Part shown: one piece after another, positions 51,180-62,045 of the stretch
Numbering within the stretch: position 1 is the stretch's first letter
Layout: the number at the start of each line of letters is the position of its first letter
Source of the DNA: Octopus vulgaris
Lineage: Eukaryota
NCBI GenBank assembly: GCA_951406725.2
Contig: OX597825.1
Span: 57,288,001-57,352,000, forward strand
Reading direction: 5' to 3'
DNA length: 64,000 nucleotides
The notes under the pieces: model-generated
What the model was told of the DNA's origin: nothing
Seen by the model: the letters and a program-made list of their open reading frames with translations, nothing else
The model's database searches: none
Made by a program: the position numbers and the translations under genes

Positions 51180-53114
51180 TTAAAGGAGCTGAAATATTGC
51201 AACAAAATTTGTTTCAGTTGGATAATTATATAACCAAGTTTTGCCCTGAATTTCTACTTCAGACTGAAGATCTTTCCATCTTCCAGCTGGAATGTATATA
51301 TCACGCTTTTTGATGCTATCACATAAGTTGGGGGCAACCATTAACTTATTGCCAATAAGAAATTGGTCTGAGATGTTGAGAGTTGTTTTATCATTAGGGT
51401 TGACCCACCAAAGGGGGCGAATAATTGGAAGGCCTGCTTTGATGTCTGAAGAAAGGCCTTCAACAGTTTTGTACACTAATTTTCGATGGAGAGTGATAAG
51501 GCTTTGTAAATGTAATGAAGTTGTGTGATTATATAAGTACCTGCTGTATGACAAACGGACAACTGGCATAAAAGAAGCCAAGGTGATATATCGCATGTAC
51601 AGTTCTTGAGTAATATTGGGAAATTTTACAGGGGAAAGAGTTATGTACGGATATCCTAACATACTAACAGTTAGTGCCTGATCAATGACATTATTAATAC
51701 AGGTATACTTGCCTCTTGACACAAACATAGATTTAACATTGATCACTAATAGTTTATGTTTGTTTAATTTGGAATCGTAATAAAATATTTCTGAACTGTT
51801 TTTGTAGAATGACGCCATTTTATCAACGTAATCTTTTATAGTGTAACTTGTGTTATAAAAGCGAATGTTCTTTGGAATGTAGCTCTGTCCAATTGCTAAA
51901 TTACGGAATCCTCCAAATTCTGGCTTTGTAGAAAGGTGGAGCAATTTGTCCAAATACCATTTTGAAGCATTTGGGTTGGAAACATCTATAATAGCCATCT
52001 GTTTATTTTGCCATTTGACAAGTTTTGTAACGTCACTCAAATCATCCCTTATAAAATATCCTGACATCATTCCAACATTGAATTCTTTGGAAGTGAAATG
52101 GAAATAAGGACTTATTGGATATATAATACCAATATTATGACAATCAACTTGACGAAGGAATTCAGAGATATTTGGGAACTGTTTGGCATCAAAAGTGAAA
52201 TCTCCCTGACTTTGTTGCCAATTGTTATTCAATTCGATGTAAGTATCATTATAAGTGTGAGTGTATTTACTATTAATGAAATTAAGGATGGCACTTTGTA
52301 TAGAAATATTCCTGGAATTTTCTTCAAAAGACCAGATCATTGTTTTTAAAAGTTTATTGTTCTTTGCTAGTTCATTTTGGTTCACAGGTAAAAATATCTT
52401 TTTCATGTTGACATAAGTATCTCTGATATCATTACCTTGACACAGATAATAGTGGAGTTGTTGGTCGGGATATGGTTGTCTTAGGTCTGGCAGAAGACAA
52501 AATAATCCATCATCAGAAGAATTCCAGCTAATTTCAAAAGGATGTGAGTCATTTACAAAGATTCCAACACCATCAGAACTAATCCAAAGTGGTTCTAATA
52601 CAGAACCCAATATATCTGATGATTCTGTTGAAAATGGAATATGATCAGTAGAAAAATTCTTCAGTGGCCATGATTGCCTTGAACCAATGTTCATTCCATA
52701 CCAATTAGAAGATTTTATCTGGTAACAATCAAGGAACTCTTCTACCTGTGAAATTTCCCAATTTATAGAATAGCAATACAGACCGCCTTTTTCTTCATGA
52801 AGTATTTGTAGCTTGGTAGAGCGCTGACTTTGATAACATAATTCTTGAATGCTTTGTTCTTTAATCTTCGGTTGACAAAAATGAAAGCTAGATGTGAGGT
52901 TGATTCCTAACCATCCAGTTAGAGTTATTCCTTTAAATTTATTCAACAGTTGTACTTTCCGTTCAGCTTCAGAGAAATGGATAAGTCTGCCAACCAAAAT
53001 AGCATTGGTTTGTCTTGCATGAAGAACTCTTACAGATATGAAACCAGCAAGAATCAATATGAAGAGTGTGGCCACAGTGTATTTAAGCAGTTTGGAGTTT
53101 TCTTTACTTGGAGT
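51180..53114 (-). CDS. MYORG: MYORG/KIAA1161-like glycoside hydrolase family 31 type II membrane protein, main exon; catalytic residues apparently lost
   Basis: Intact 644-codon frame after acceptor ttcattag|. N-terminal TM (VATLFILILAGFISV). Motifs LGSVLEPLWISSDG, GDFTFDAKQFP, LTVSMLGYPY, PIIRPLWW, SDQFLIG..LMVAP and RDIYIPAGRW. Many N-glycosylation sequons. It is likely a divergent paralog rather than the true ortholog. Confidence 0.9.
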   Translation of the reverse strand, partial: TPSKENSKLLKYTVATLFILILAGFISVRVLHARQTNAILVGRLIHFSEAERKVQLLNKFKGITLTGWLGINLTSSFHFCQPKIKEQSIQELCYQSQRSTKLQILHEEKGGLYCYSINWEISQVEEFLDCYQIKSSNWYGMNIGSRQSWPLKNFSTDHIPFSTESSDILGSVLEPLWISSDGVGIFVNDSHPFEISWNSSDDGLFCLLPDLRQPYPDQQLHYYLCQGNDIRDTYVNMKKIFLPVNQNELAKNNKLLKTMIWSFEENSRNISIQSAILNFINSKYTHTYNDTYIELNNNWQQSQGDFTFDAKQFPNISEFLRQVDCHNIGIIYPISPYFHFTSKEFNVGMMSGYFIRDDLSDVTKLVKWQNKQMAIIDVSNPNASKWYLDKLLHLSTKPEFGGFRNLAIGQSYIPKNIRFYNTSYTIKDYVDKMASFYKNSSEIFYYDSKLNKHKLLVINVKSMFVSRGKYTCINNVIDQALTVSMLGYPYITLSPVKFPNITQELYMRYITLASFMPVVRLSYSRYLYNHTTSLHLQSLITLHRKLVYKTVEGLSSDIKAGLPIIRPLWWVNPNDKTTLNISDQFLIGNKLMVAPNLCDSIKKRDIYIPAGRWKDLQSEVEIQGKTWLYNYPTETNFVAIFQLL

Positions 53115-53279
53115 CTAATGAACAGATAAAATATAAACATATAATTAGCCATGGTAGAAAATGACCGTCTGAATCTGGAGCATTTAATACAATTAATACA
53201 AAGTAATTAAATATTAAAGAGGTAAAGCATTTTCATAAAACCAAATGAGGTCTCATTAAATAATCTGAGGAGGCTTTCG

Positions 53280-53324
<45 letters not shown>

Positions 53325-53331
53325 GCAGCAG

Positions 53332-53758
53332 ACTTAATTTTAGTAATAATCATTTCTATTAAAGGCACAAGGCTTGAAATTTGGAGGAAGGGGAATAGTT
53401 GATTACATCAACCCCATTGTGTAACTGGTATTTATTTCATCAATCCCCAAAGGATGAAAAGCAAAGTCAACCTAAGCAGAATTTGAACTCAACGTAAGAT
53501 GGATGAAATGCTGCTAAGCAATTTGCCTAGTGTGCCAACGATTCTGCCAGCTCATCTAGTTGATTACATCGACCCCAGTGTTTCATTGGTACTTAATTTT
53601 AGTAATAATCATTTCTATTAAAGGCACAAGGCTTGAAATTTGGAGGAAGGGGAATAGTTGATTACATCAACCCCATTGTATAACTGGTATTTATTTCATC
53701 AATCCCCAAAGGATGAAAAGCAAAGTCAACCTAAGCAGAATTTGAACTCAACGTAAGA
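53332..53758. repeat. Recent 168-bp direct duplication (53332-53499 and 53591-53758) within a - strand family-B SINE cluster
   Basis: The copies are identical except one base (tgtgtaact vs tgtataact). Confidence 0.85.
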
Positions 53759-53822
53759 GCAGACAAAATACCAGTAAGCATTTATCCTGGTGCGCTAACA
53801 ATTCTGCTAGCTTACCATCTTA

Positions 53823-53858
<36 letters not shown>

Positions 53859-54179
53859 GTCTTACTACTATAGGCACAAGGCCTGAAATTTTGGGGAGGG
53901 GTAAGTCAATTATATCAACCCCAGTACTCAACTGGTACTTAATTTATTGACGCCCAAAAGGATGAAAGGCAAAGTTGACCCCAGCAGAACATAGTGACTG
54001 ATGAAATGCCACTAAGCATTTAGCCTGGCATGCTAACAATTCTGCCACCTTAATAATAATAATAATGATGATGATTTCTTTACTGACCACAGAGTGTTTG
54101 CATAAAGAAAAACATTATGGATGGCACAGAAAAATATTAAATATGTGTGTGCACATGATATGCTGTGAGGCTTTTGTGT

Positions 54180-54530
54180 GTAAACAAAAGAAAAAACAAT
54201 TTAAGAAGGTGTAATCCTCAATAAGTAGGACACGTTTGAGGGCTGTTTGTGGGACCATCCACCAAACCACAGGTATCCTGACTTCTGGTGAAGGTACCTT
54301 TTCTCAGTTCCTTATCTCTGGTTTACAGGCATATACCCAATGATATAGTTGGACTGCATGGATTTTCTTCTCCAGGTACTGAGCTGCAAGCCACTGATTT
54401 TTCTTTCTTAAGCTTTGTTCCTGATACCATCTTATCCCTGAAAGTGGTGTCAATTATCTCAATGTGTTTATTTTCTGATACCACTATGGTGACATCATCA
54501 GCATTGACACTCTTACTTTCATGATCCACA
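54180..54530 (-). mobile_element. L1/Tx1-like RT fragment
   Basis: NADDVTIVVS...MVSGTKLKKEKS resembles YADDVT...VSGAKINKEKS. Confidence 0.6.
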
Positions 54531-54539
54531 TTCTCTCAA

Positions 54540-55077
54540 TATCTATTTTCAAGTCTTACTGCACAGACTTGAGAATAGATATCAAGAGAATGAAGAATAT
54601 GAAAGCAAAAGTGGTACCAACTGTGAGTGGAGTACTTGGGTCAGTGATGAAAAACCTTTAGAAACACCTTGGCAAAACTGGAATCTGTCTCAGCATTACA
54701 ACATTGCAAAAGGCAACACTTTTGGGAGCAGTAAATATCCTGCAGAATGTACTGTCTATCTGTTACACAATTTGATTAGGAGTCAATTAAACAATCCAGT
54801 GTTAACAAGATCATCACTGTGCGAATGAAGGAATAATAACACTTTCGTTATTCTGGCATGAGGTCAGCAATTTTGAGAGGTGGGAAACCAGGTTACATTG
54901 ATCCTAGCACTCAATTGGTACTTATTTTATCAACCTTGGAAGGATGAAAGGCATCACTGACTTTGGTAGAATTTGAACTCAGGATGTAAAGACAGATGAA
55001 ATACTGCTACAATTCTGCCAACTCACCATCTTAAGCCTTAATCATGATGATGACGATTGCAATGGTGGTAGTAGTGG

Positions 55078-55113
<36 letters not shown>

Positions 55114-55940
55114 GTATCATTATAAGTGTAAGTGGATTCAAAATAACAGAAAGGTGGTATGAACACAAGCCAGAGGCTGTAATGGTGAATCATAATTGTT
55201 GAATTTTATAGGATTTCTCTATAGAGACAGAACATACTACTGAAGCAAAATACAAAAACAAAACAAATATGATTGTAGAAGACATAAAAAAACAATGCAA
55301 GATCATAGACTTTGCAACACCAAATGATATTAGAATGAATACCATAGAAATGTCAAGACCTGGTCATAGAGGTAAAAAGATTACTCTTTACTCTTTTACC
55401 TGTTTCAGTCATTTGACTGCGGCCATGCTGGAGCACTGCCCTTAGTTGAGCAAATCAACTCCAGGACTTATTCTTTGTAAGCCTAGTTCTTATTCTATTG
55501 GTTTCTTTTGCCGAACCACTAAGTTATGGGGATATAAACACACCAGCATCGGTTGTCAAGCGAAGTTGGGGGGATGAACACAGACACACAAGCACACACA
55601 TATATATACATATACATATATACGATGGGCTTCTTTCAGTTTCCGTCTACCAAATCCACTCACATGGCTTTGGTCGGCCCGAGACTATAGTAGGAGACAT
55701 TTGCCCAAGGTGCCATGCAGTGGGACTGAACCTGGAACCATGTGGTTGGTAAGCAAGCTACTTACCACACAGCCACTCCTGCGCCTGTGGAAGACTTAAG
55801 ATGACAGGTGTGGAAATTGGTGCACTTGACACAACACACAATCTAAAAGACTGAAGAATATTGAGATTCATATTGTTGACCAGCAGAAAAGCACCATCCT
55901 ATATTCAACAAAAATCTTTAGGAAGTGTATTGAAATTTGA
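54540..55940 (+). mobile_element. R4/Dong-clade REL-endonuclease fragments, interrupted by SINEs including a family-A copy (55383-55786, -)
   Basis: DLRIDIKRM...VVP...LQKATLLG...IL and KWYEHKPE...CKIIDFATPND motifs. Confidence 0.7.
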
Positions 55941-56029
55941 GGAGACTTATCATTAAATTTGAAGACAACCTCTCTGCAAACTAATACAACATGTAATAGC
56001 TTTAACAACAACAACAGCAATAATAATCC

Positions 56030-58500
56030 TTTCTTTACTGGCCACAAGGGCTAAACACAAAACAATTAAGGGCAATACAAAACAAGGGACAAGTGGGGTT
56101 TAAAACAGAAAAGATGTAAATAATATAAAAAACAAAGAGTTAACAAAAGCGTTAGACAACAAAATTCCACAATAGGGGGTAGTTTCACCCAGGACCAGCC
56201 AGGGCAACCCAACTTCCAAGGCCACACCATGTAGGCACACCATGTCCTCTCAACTGCTCCAGCTTACAGACGAATATTCAGAGTAGGCTGACTCACACAA
56301 GCCATTTTTGCAACATTCATCTACCTTTCAACAAACTTGGGGTTAGTACTTCCCTCTCTACCCTCACTTTCCTTTTCAAGTGGAACTTGAAAATGTTGAT
56401 GAGGATTCAGCTGAAGAGGAAAGTGTCTGTCTTCAGTCCTTTCAAGCTTGTCCACTCCACTACCTCAGTCACTATAGCCATCAGGCAGAGGACAACTGCC
56501 TTTTCTTCCCAGCCAAAAGAAGGCAGTGGGGCAATCCTCACAATGGACTTGGCTCATAACAGGATCCATCCTACATGTGACAACAGCTGTTTGACAAAGC
56601 TTCACAGGTCAGTAATGCATGGACACTGGATGAGTGCACGCAGGACAGTTTCATCGCCCTGCGCACACCTTGGACAGGTCCATCTGACAGCACTTCTGGG
56701 TCTGTAGAACTTGTCTTGCACTGGCAGAGCTCCCTGAGGTGACACTGTGTGTCTTTGAGTGAGGTTCTCACTTTTAAAGAGGACTGCAATGCTGGCAAAC
56801 TGAATCCCTCTCTATATATGGGCCACATCTATTAAAATTTCTCTGAGGGCCTTCTCAAATGACTGATGGATGCTATTTCAGCTCTCCAAGTTTTGCATGA
56901 TACACATCCAAAATAGTCTTCTTCCTCTATTTTGCCTCTATTATTTCAGGAGGTGTGAGTACTGCAGCCTTATCACCCTCAAATTTAAGGATATCTTTTG
57001 CTTTTGTGAGTTCACACATTTTATCATTGAGTGGTATGACAAACATCTCTCTCTTTGTGTTCATTACATCAGCAAACCTTTTATTTTTGTTGTTGTTACA
57101 ACTGCTGCTGCTGTTACTGTCGGTGGGGGTGGGGGTGGAATTATGGTCATTTCCACTGTTGCCACTCTCACCACTGTCACCGTTATTTTCCTCCTCTCTG
57201 CCTTCGATATTAGCATTACTTTTTTTCCTGCTAAAATCTGTTGCATTTTTAAAGAACACACTATCCCTACTGCTACTGTCTCTGCCACCACTGCTAGGGG
57301 ATAAGGTGATTACATCAACCCAGTGCTTGACTGGTACTTATTTTACTGACCTTGAAAGGATGACAGTCAGAGTCAACCATGGCAGAATGTAAAGATAGAT
57401 GAGATGCTGCAAAGCTTTTTACCCAAACTACTAACAATTCTGTCAACAACAACAACAGCAACACCACCACCACCACCAGCAACAACAACAACAACAACAA
57501 CAATCCTTTCTACTAAAAGCACAAGGCCTGAAATTTTGGGGGAGGGGACCAGTCAATTACATTGACCCCAGTTTTTCACTGGTACTTAATTTATCGACCC
57601 CAAATGGATGAAAGGCAAAGTCAACCTCGGTGGAATTTCAATAATAATGACAATCTTTTCTTTATTCACCACTGAGGGTTTATATAGAAGACTGGCAACA
57701 GCACAGGACAATGCCACACAAAAAGTGTGGGATTTAATTGTGTAAAAAGGTAACAACAATAAAAATTATAACAAATAAATCTCCAAAAGAGGGAGGCTTC
57801 CAAGGGATACTCGTGGAAACCCTACAAAAACCATGATTGCCCTGATCTCTAAAGTATGTGCCCTCTCCACTTCATCTACCCTTGATATAAAGGTGCATGC
57901 TTAGAGTAGGCCTGCTCACTTGGGCTATCCACACTACATCTTTTGACAAAATTGCTGGGAGGCAGCATTTCCCTCTCTACCCTCACTCTTCAAGTGAAAC
58001 TTGAAAAAATTGATGAGGGTTTGGTCAAAAAGGAAAGTGTCTGTCTTCAGCCCTTTCAACCTGGTCCACCACACAACCTCTTTTGCTAAGACCACCAGAC
58101 AAAGAAACACTTATTTCTTTATTGCTCACTAGGGGCTAAACATAGGGGGAACAAACAAGGACAGACAAAGGGATTATGTCGATTACATCGACCCCAGTGC
58201 GTAACTGGTACTTAATTTATCTACCCTGAAAGGATGAAAGGCAAAGTCGACCTCGGCGGCATTTGAACTCAGAACGTAACGGCAGACAAAATATCGCTAA
58301 GCATTTCGCCCGGCATGCTAATGTTTCTGCCAGACAAAGAAACACTGTCTGCCTAAAGGAAAGCAGTGGGGCGATCTTCATGATGGAACAGCAGGTGTTT
58401 GACATAAATCCACAAGTGAGCAATGCTTGGGCACTGAATGAGAGTGTCGCGGGAGTAAGTGAATTAGCTCATACAGGGAACTGAGGCCATGCGACAGACT
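56030..58500 (-). mobile_element. Two Tx1/L1-like LINE remnants with inserted family-B SINEs
   Basis: IFKFHLKRKVRVERE-type ORF2 C-terminus occurs twice (~56350-56400 and ~57970-58015). The SINE at 58112-58333 is flanked by the repeat ccagacaaagaaacact. Confidence 0.6.
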
Positions 58501-58619
58501 TACTCTGTTTGAGGATTACTTCTAATGTAACATGTGTGTGTGTGTGTATGTTGAAAACACAAACATGCATCAGTTTTAGATTTTCTTTAGAATTCTATGA
58601 CATGTTAATAAATAAGAGA

Positions 58620-60215
58620 GAGCTGACACTTTCGTGATGTTTTGCTGTTTTATTTCACAGGCTGGGTGTGGACAGTAAATTTTCTTTTTCTTTTTTCTTT
58701 TTTCTACAAAACAAGAAAATAATTTAGCAATCTTAGCATTTACTGTGGCCTTCTCTCTTCTCCATTGCCCCAAGCAATCACTGCTACCCTTGCCGTCATA
58801 CCCAATCTATATTTTTCTAGTTCTGTTTGTTTTTAATTTTTGTTGTGGCTGTGTGGTAAGAAGCTTGCTTCCCAATCACATGGTTCTGGGTTTAGTCCCA
58901 CTGCATGACACCAGCAAGTGTCTTCTACTATAGCCTTAGGCGAACCAAAGCCTTGTCAGTGGATTTGATAGATGGAAACTAAAAGAAGCCTGATGTATAT
59001 ATATAGATATATTTATACGTACTTATGTGTGGTGTCTTTGTTTGTCCTTCCACCATCGCTCGACAACCAATGTTGTCAGCAAAAGAGACCAATAGAATAC
59101 GTACTAGGCTTACAAAGAATAAAGTCCTGGGGTTGATTACTTTGACTAAAACCCTTTAAAGTGGTGCTCCAGGATGGCCACAGTCAAATGACAGAAACGT
59201 GTAAAAGAATAAAAGAATATAAACAATACTTGATTTGTTTAGTGGTAGATTAGTCTTGCTTAAAGTAAACTTATGATTGAAAGCATTCCAACCACGACTA
59301 TACCATCTTTTTAGGGATATTTAAGACTATAGTATCCATTGTCTACCATGTCCATTGCTAAGGGGGTGCACTAGACAGCACTGCCCCTTTGTTATTCAAT
59401 GGTGTACCCTCAGATTTACTTATTTCGAAACTCCACTTCAGCATTATTACAAATTAGTAGCCACCCAGAATATTCCAAAGTCTGGTGATGGGTCTGATGT
59501 CTGCCCTTTCTAAGAAGACATTGAACTGTGAATTGAGGGGAAAAAACTTAGAAGCTATTATTTCTAGTAGCTTAAGCAGTCTCCTAGAGAGGGGGATGGT
59601 GCTGTCCTGTGCACCCCTTTAGCAATGGGCATGGCAGATATATTGGATACTGTAGTCCTAAATATCCTTAAAACGATGGCATGGTCATGGCTGGAATGCA
59701 TTCAATCATAAGTTAATTTAATCAAGACTAATCTAGCCAGACAAAACAAGTATTATTTATAATAGAACAAAAATTAAAAACAAACAAAAGTAGGAAAATA
59801 TAGATTGGGCATGGCGGCAGTGATGGCAATGGTTGCTTGGGTCAATAGGAAAAAGAGAAGGCCACAGTAAATGCTAATATTTTATTTCTGTATTGCCCAC
59901 AAGGAGCTAAACATGGAGGGGACAAACAAGGACAGACAAAGGGATTCAGTCGATTACATCAACCCCAGTGTGTAACTGGTACTTATTTAATTGACCTCGA
60001 AAGGATGAAAAGCAAAGTCAACCTCGGTGGAATTTGAACTCAGAACATAACAGCAGACAAAATACCGTTAAGCATTCCGCCCGGCGTGCTAATGATTCTG
60101 CCACCTCGCCGCCATTAGTAAATGCTAATATCGTTAATTTTTAGTCTGAGGAAGAAATTTTGACACAGGACATTTGACAAGAGTAAAATGAAACAAAACC
60201 TATGAGTGTCAGCTT
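58620..60215. repeat. Large interrupted inverted repeat (foldback) in the MYORG-like intron
   Basis: 59218-59387 pairs with 59591-59760 and 58734-58843 pairs with 59765-59877. SINE A (58844-59217) lies in the left arm. SINE B (59881-60116, TSD agtaaatgctaatat) lies in the right arm. Confidence 0.85.
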
Positions 60216-60577
60216 TTAGATGAGAACATCACATTGAAACTGTCACTTAACTGGATTATGTATTTTGAGCAGCAGCCACTGGTGCTGACTCCACCACAGG
60301 GCTTCTTGTCATGTCTTGTTTTAGTATCAGTTGTTACCACTTCACTGCAAAAACATTTCCAGGTTGTTCATTAGTCAATAGACTGGGAGATTATTATTAT
60401 TTTGCTTGGAAACAAATGAGAGCTGGTAACATACTCTCCCTTGACTCAGACAAGCATGGAAATGTAGATGTGACAACAACAATAATGAGAGCAATGGTGA
60501 TGATGATGATAAAGGAGAAGGAAGAGGAGGAGAGATTGCAACTCAGAGCTCTGAGATCTCATCTCATCTCATCTCAC

Positions 60578-60649
60578 CATTTCTTTGCACACCTTCCTCT
60601 TTTACTACAGGAATTTTTCAAAGAGGGAATCACAATCTAGTTGTTCTAC
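60578..60649 (-). CDS. Probable start-codon exon of the MYORG-like gene (5'UTR plus ATG at 60580-60578)
   Basis: Acceptor catatttgtag|, ends gaaATG|gtgaga (phase 0). It joins the 53114 exon to give MTPSKENSKLLKYTVATLF..., ~645 aa in total. Confidence 0.65.
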
Positions 60650-60759
60650 CTACAAATATGTGGTAAAACCTCTGAAATGACTTCTCAACAAAAACCTCTC
60701 TTTTGGTGTATTCATCAAAGAAAAGGCATCAAAGCTTTCATACACCATAAATATTTTAC

Positions 60760-61083
60760 CTTTCATTGCACACATTTTGTCAATTTCTTTTTATTTTCTT
60801 TGCAGAAAACAGTCTTTGAGAGTTGCATCTGTATGTTGTTGTCACCTGTTGCTCTAGTATTTATTATTGTGTCTCTTGTTGTTGTTGTGGTTCTTATTGT
60901 TGTCGACTGGTTTGTATATTTTCCCAAGCCTTCTAGGTTTTTTTTTTCATCATGGTAGTACCAAACCTTTGGACCTTGAGATTTGGGATTCAAGCCACTT
61001 TTTTTTTTCTCAGTCCCACCACTTATATTTCTCTTTGTTGACACCCCTCTCGCGCTGCATACACTCTATACCTCATCACTGAG
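60760..61083 (-). other. Probable 5'UTR exon of the MYORG-like gene
   Basis: Long polypyrimidine tract plus ccaatag| acceptor, AAG|gtaaaa donor, and a 110-nt intron to the next exon. Confidence 0.45.
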
Positions 61084-61849
61084 CTATTGGAAGCGGATGT
61101 TGTAAAATAAGACAGAAAAGGAAAAGAGATGATGATGATGAGAAAAAGATGACAAGTGACATATTCCACAAAAACTTCATTCACAAACAGCAACAACAAA
61201 TAATAATAATAATAATTTAAGCAGATGTGAAAAGAAAATTGCATTTTCCTAAAGTTGGAGAAAAATAAATTGAAGACAGCGAGCACAAAAAATAATAAAT
61301 AAATGATACAAACTTAACAAAAAATAAATGAAAAATAATGAAAACACTAATAAAAAACAGGTCAGTTAAATGTTAGTAGGAATCCAAAAAAGAATTTTAA
61401 GGAGTAACCTTTAACCTTTCTTGAAAGGAGTTGACATTTGAACTTTAGTTAAAAAATGAAGCTTAATGCAATTATCAAAACACAGTTAGGGGAATGTTAT
61501 GCAATGCATTATAATATTAAATACATATAATGTTATATAATACAATGTTATATAATGCATAGTGTTATATACTCTTGGGTTCAGCAAAAGATTTATTTCA
61601 ACAGTAATGTTGAACACAGATATAGAAGACAATATACATCTACACACACACACACTGATATTATATAAGCTTGTTTATCTGAAAGAAACTTGAACCAGTT
61701 GTTTTTCTGAATTTGGTGTAAAGTCCTGTGTAACTGGTTATAAAATTTATTTGTATGCACGTAACACAAACAGTTATATAAGTAATAATGTATGTGCATA
61801 CACACAAGCATAAACAAGTTTCTGCCTTTTATGTTTGTACACTACCAGA

Positions 61850-62045
61850 CTTTATCATCACCACCACAACCATGATGACCACCACCACCACCACCACCAC
61901 CACCACCACCAACACCACTGTCACAATTGCAACCACCACCACCACCATCTTCGTCACTGCTATGACCACCACTGTTGGTCATCATCCTCATCATCATCAA
62001 AACCTTCACTGCCATCACCACTGCCACCACTACCACCATTACCTT
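61850..62045. repeat. (ACC/ATC)n trinucleotide microsatellite; similar tracts at 50795-50920, 53282-53330 and 55077-55112
   Basis: Directly visible. Confidence 0.95.

Noticed and set aside
54323-54529. 68-aa - strand ORF as a possible MYORG-like upstream exon
   Set aside because: It resembles an L1/Tx1 RT YADD region, and the ATG exon at 60578 joins the main exon in phase without it.
56927-57259. 110-aa - strand ORF
   Set aside because: It is contiguous with a Tx1-like LINE remnant, partly low-complexity, and has no convincing splice sites.
60763-61044. 93-aa GTG-initiated ORF as a MYORG-like N-terminus
   Set aside because: It stops (TGA) just before the donor and has no early ATG; it is better explained as 5'UTR/uORF.
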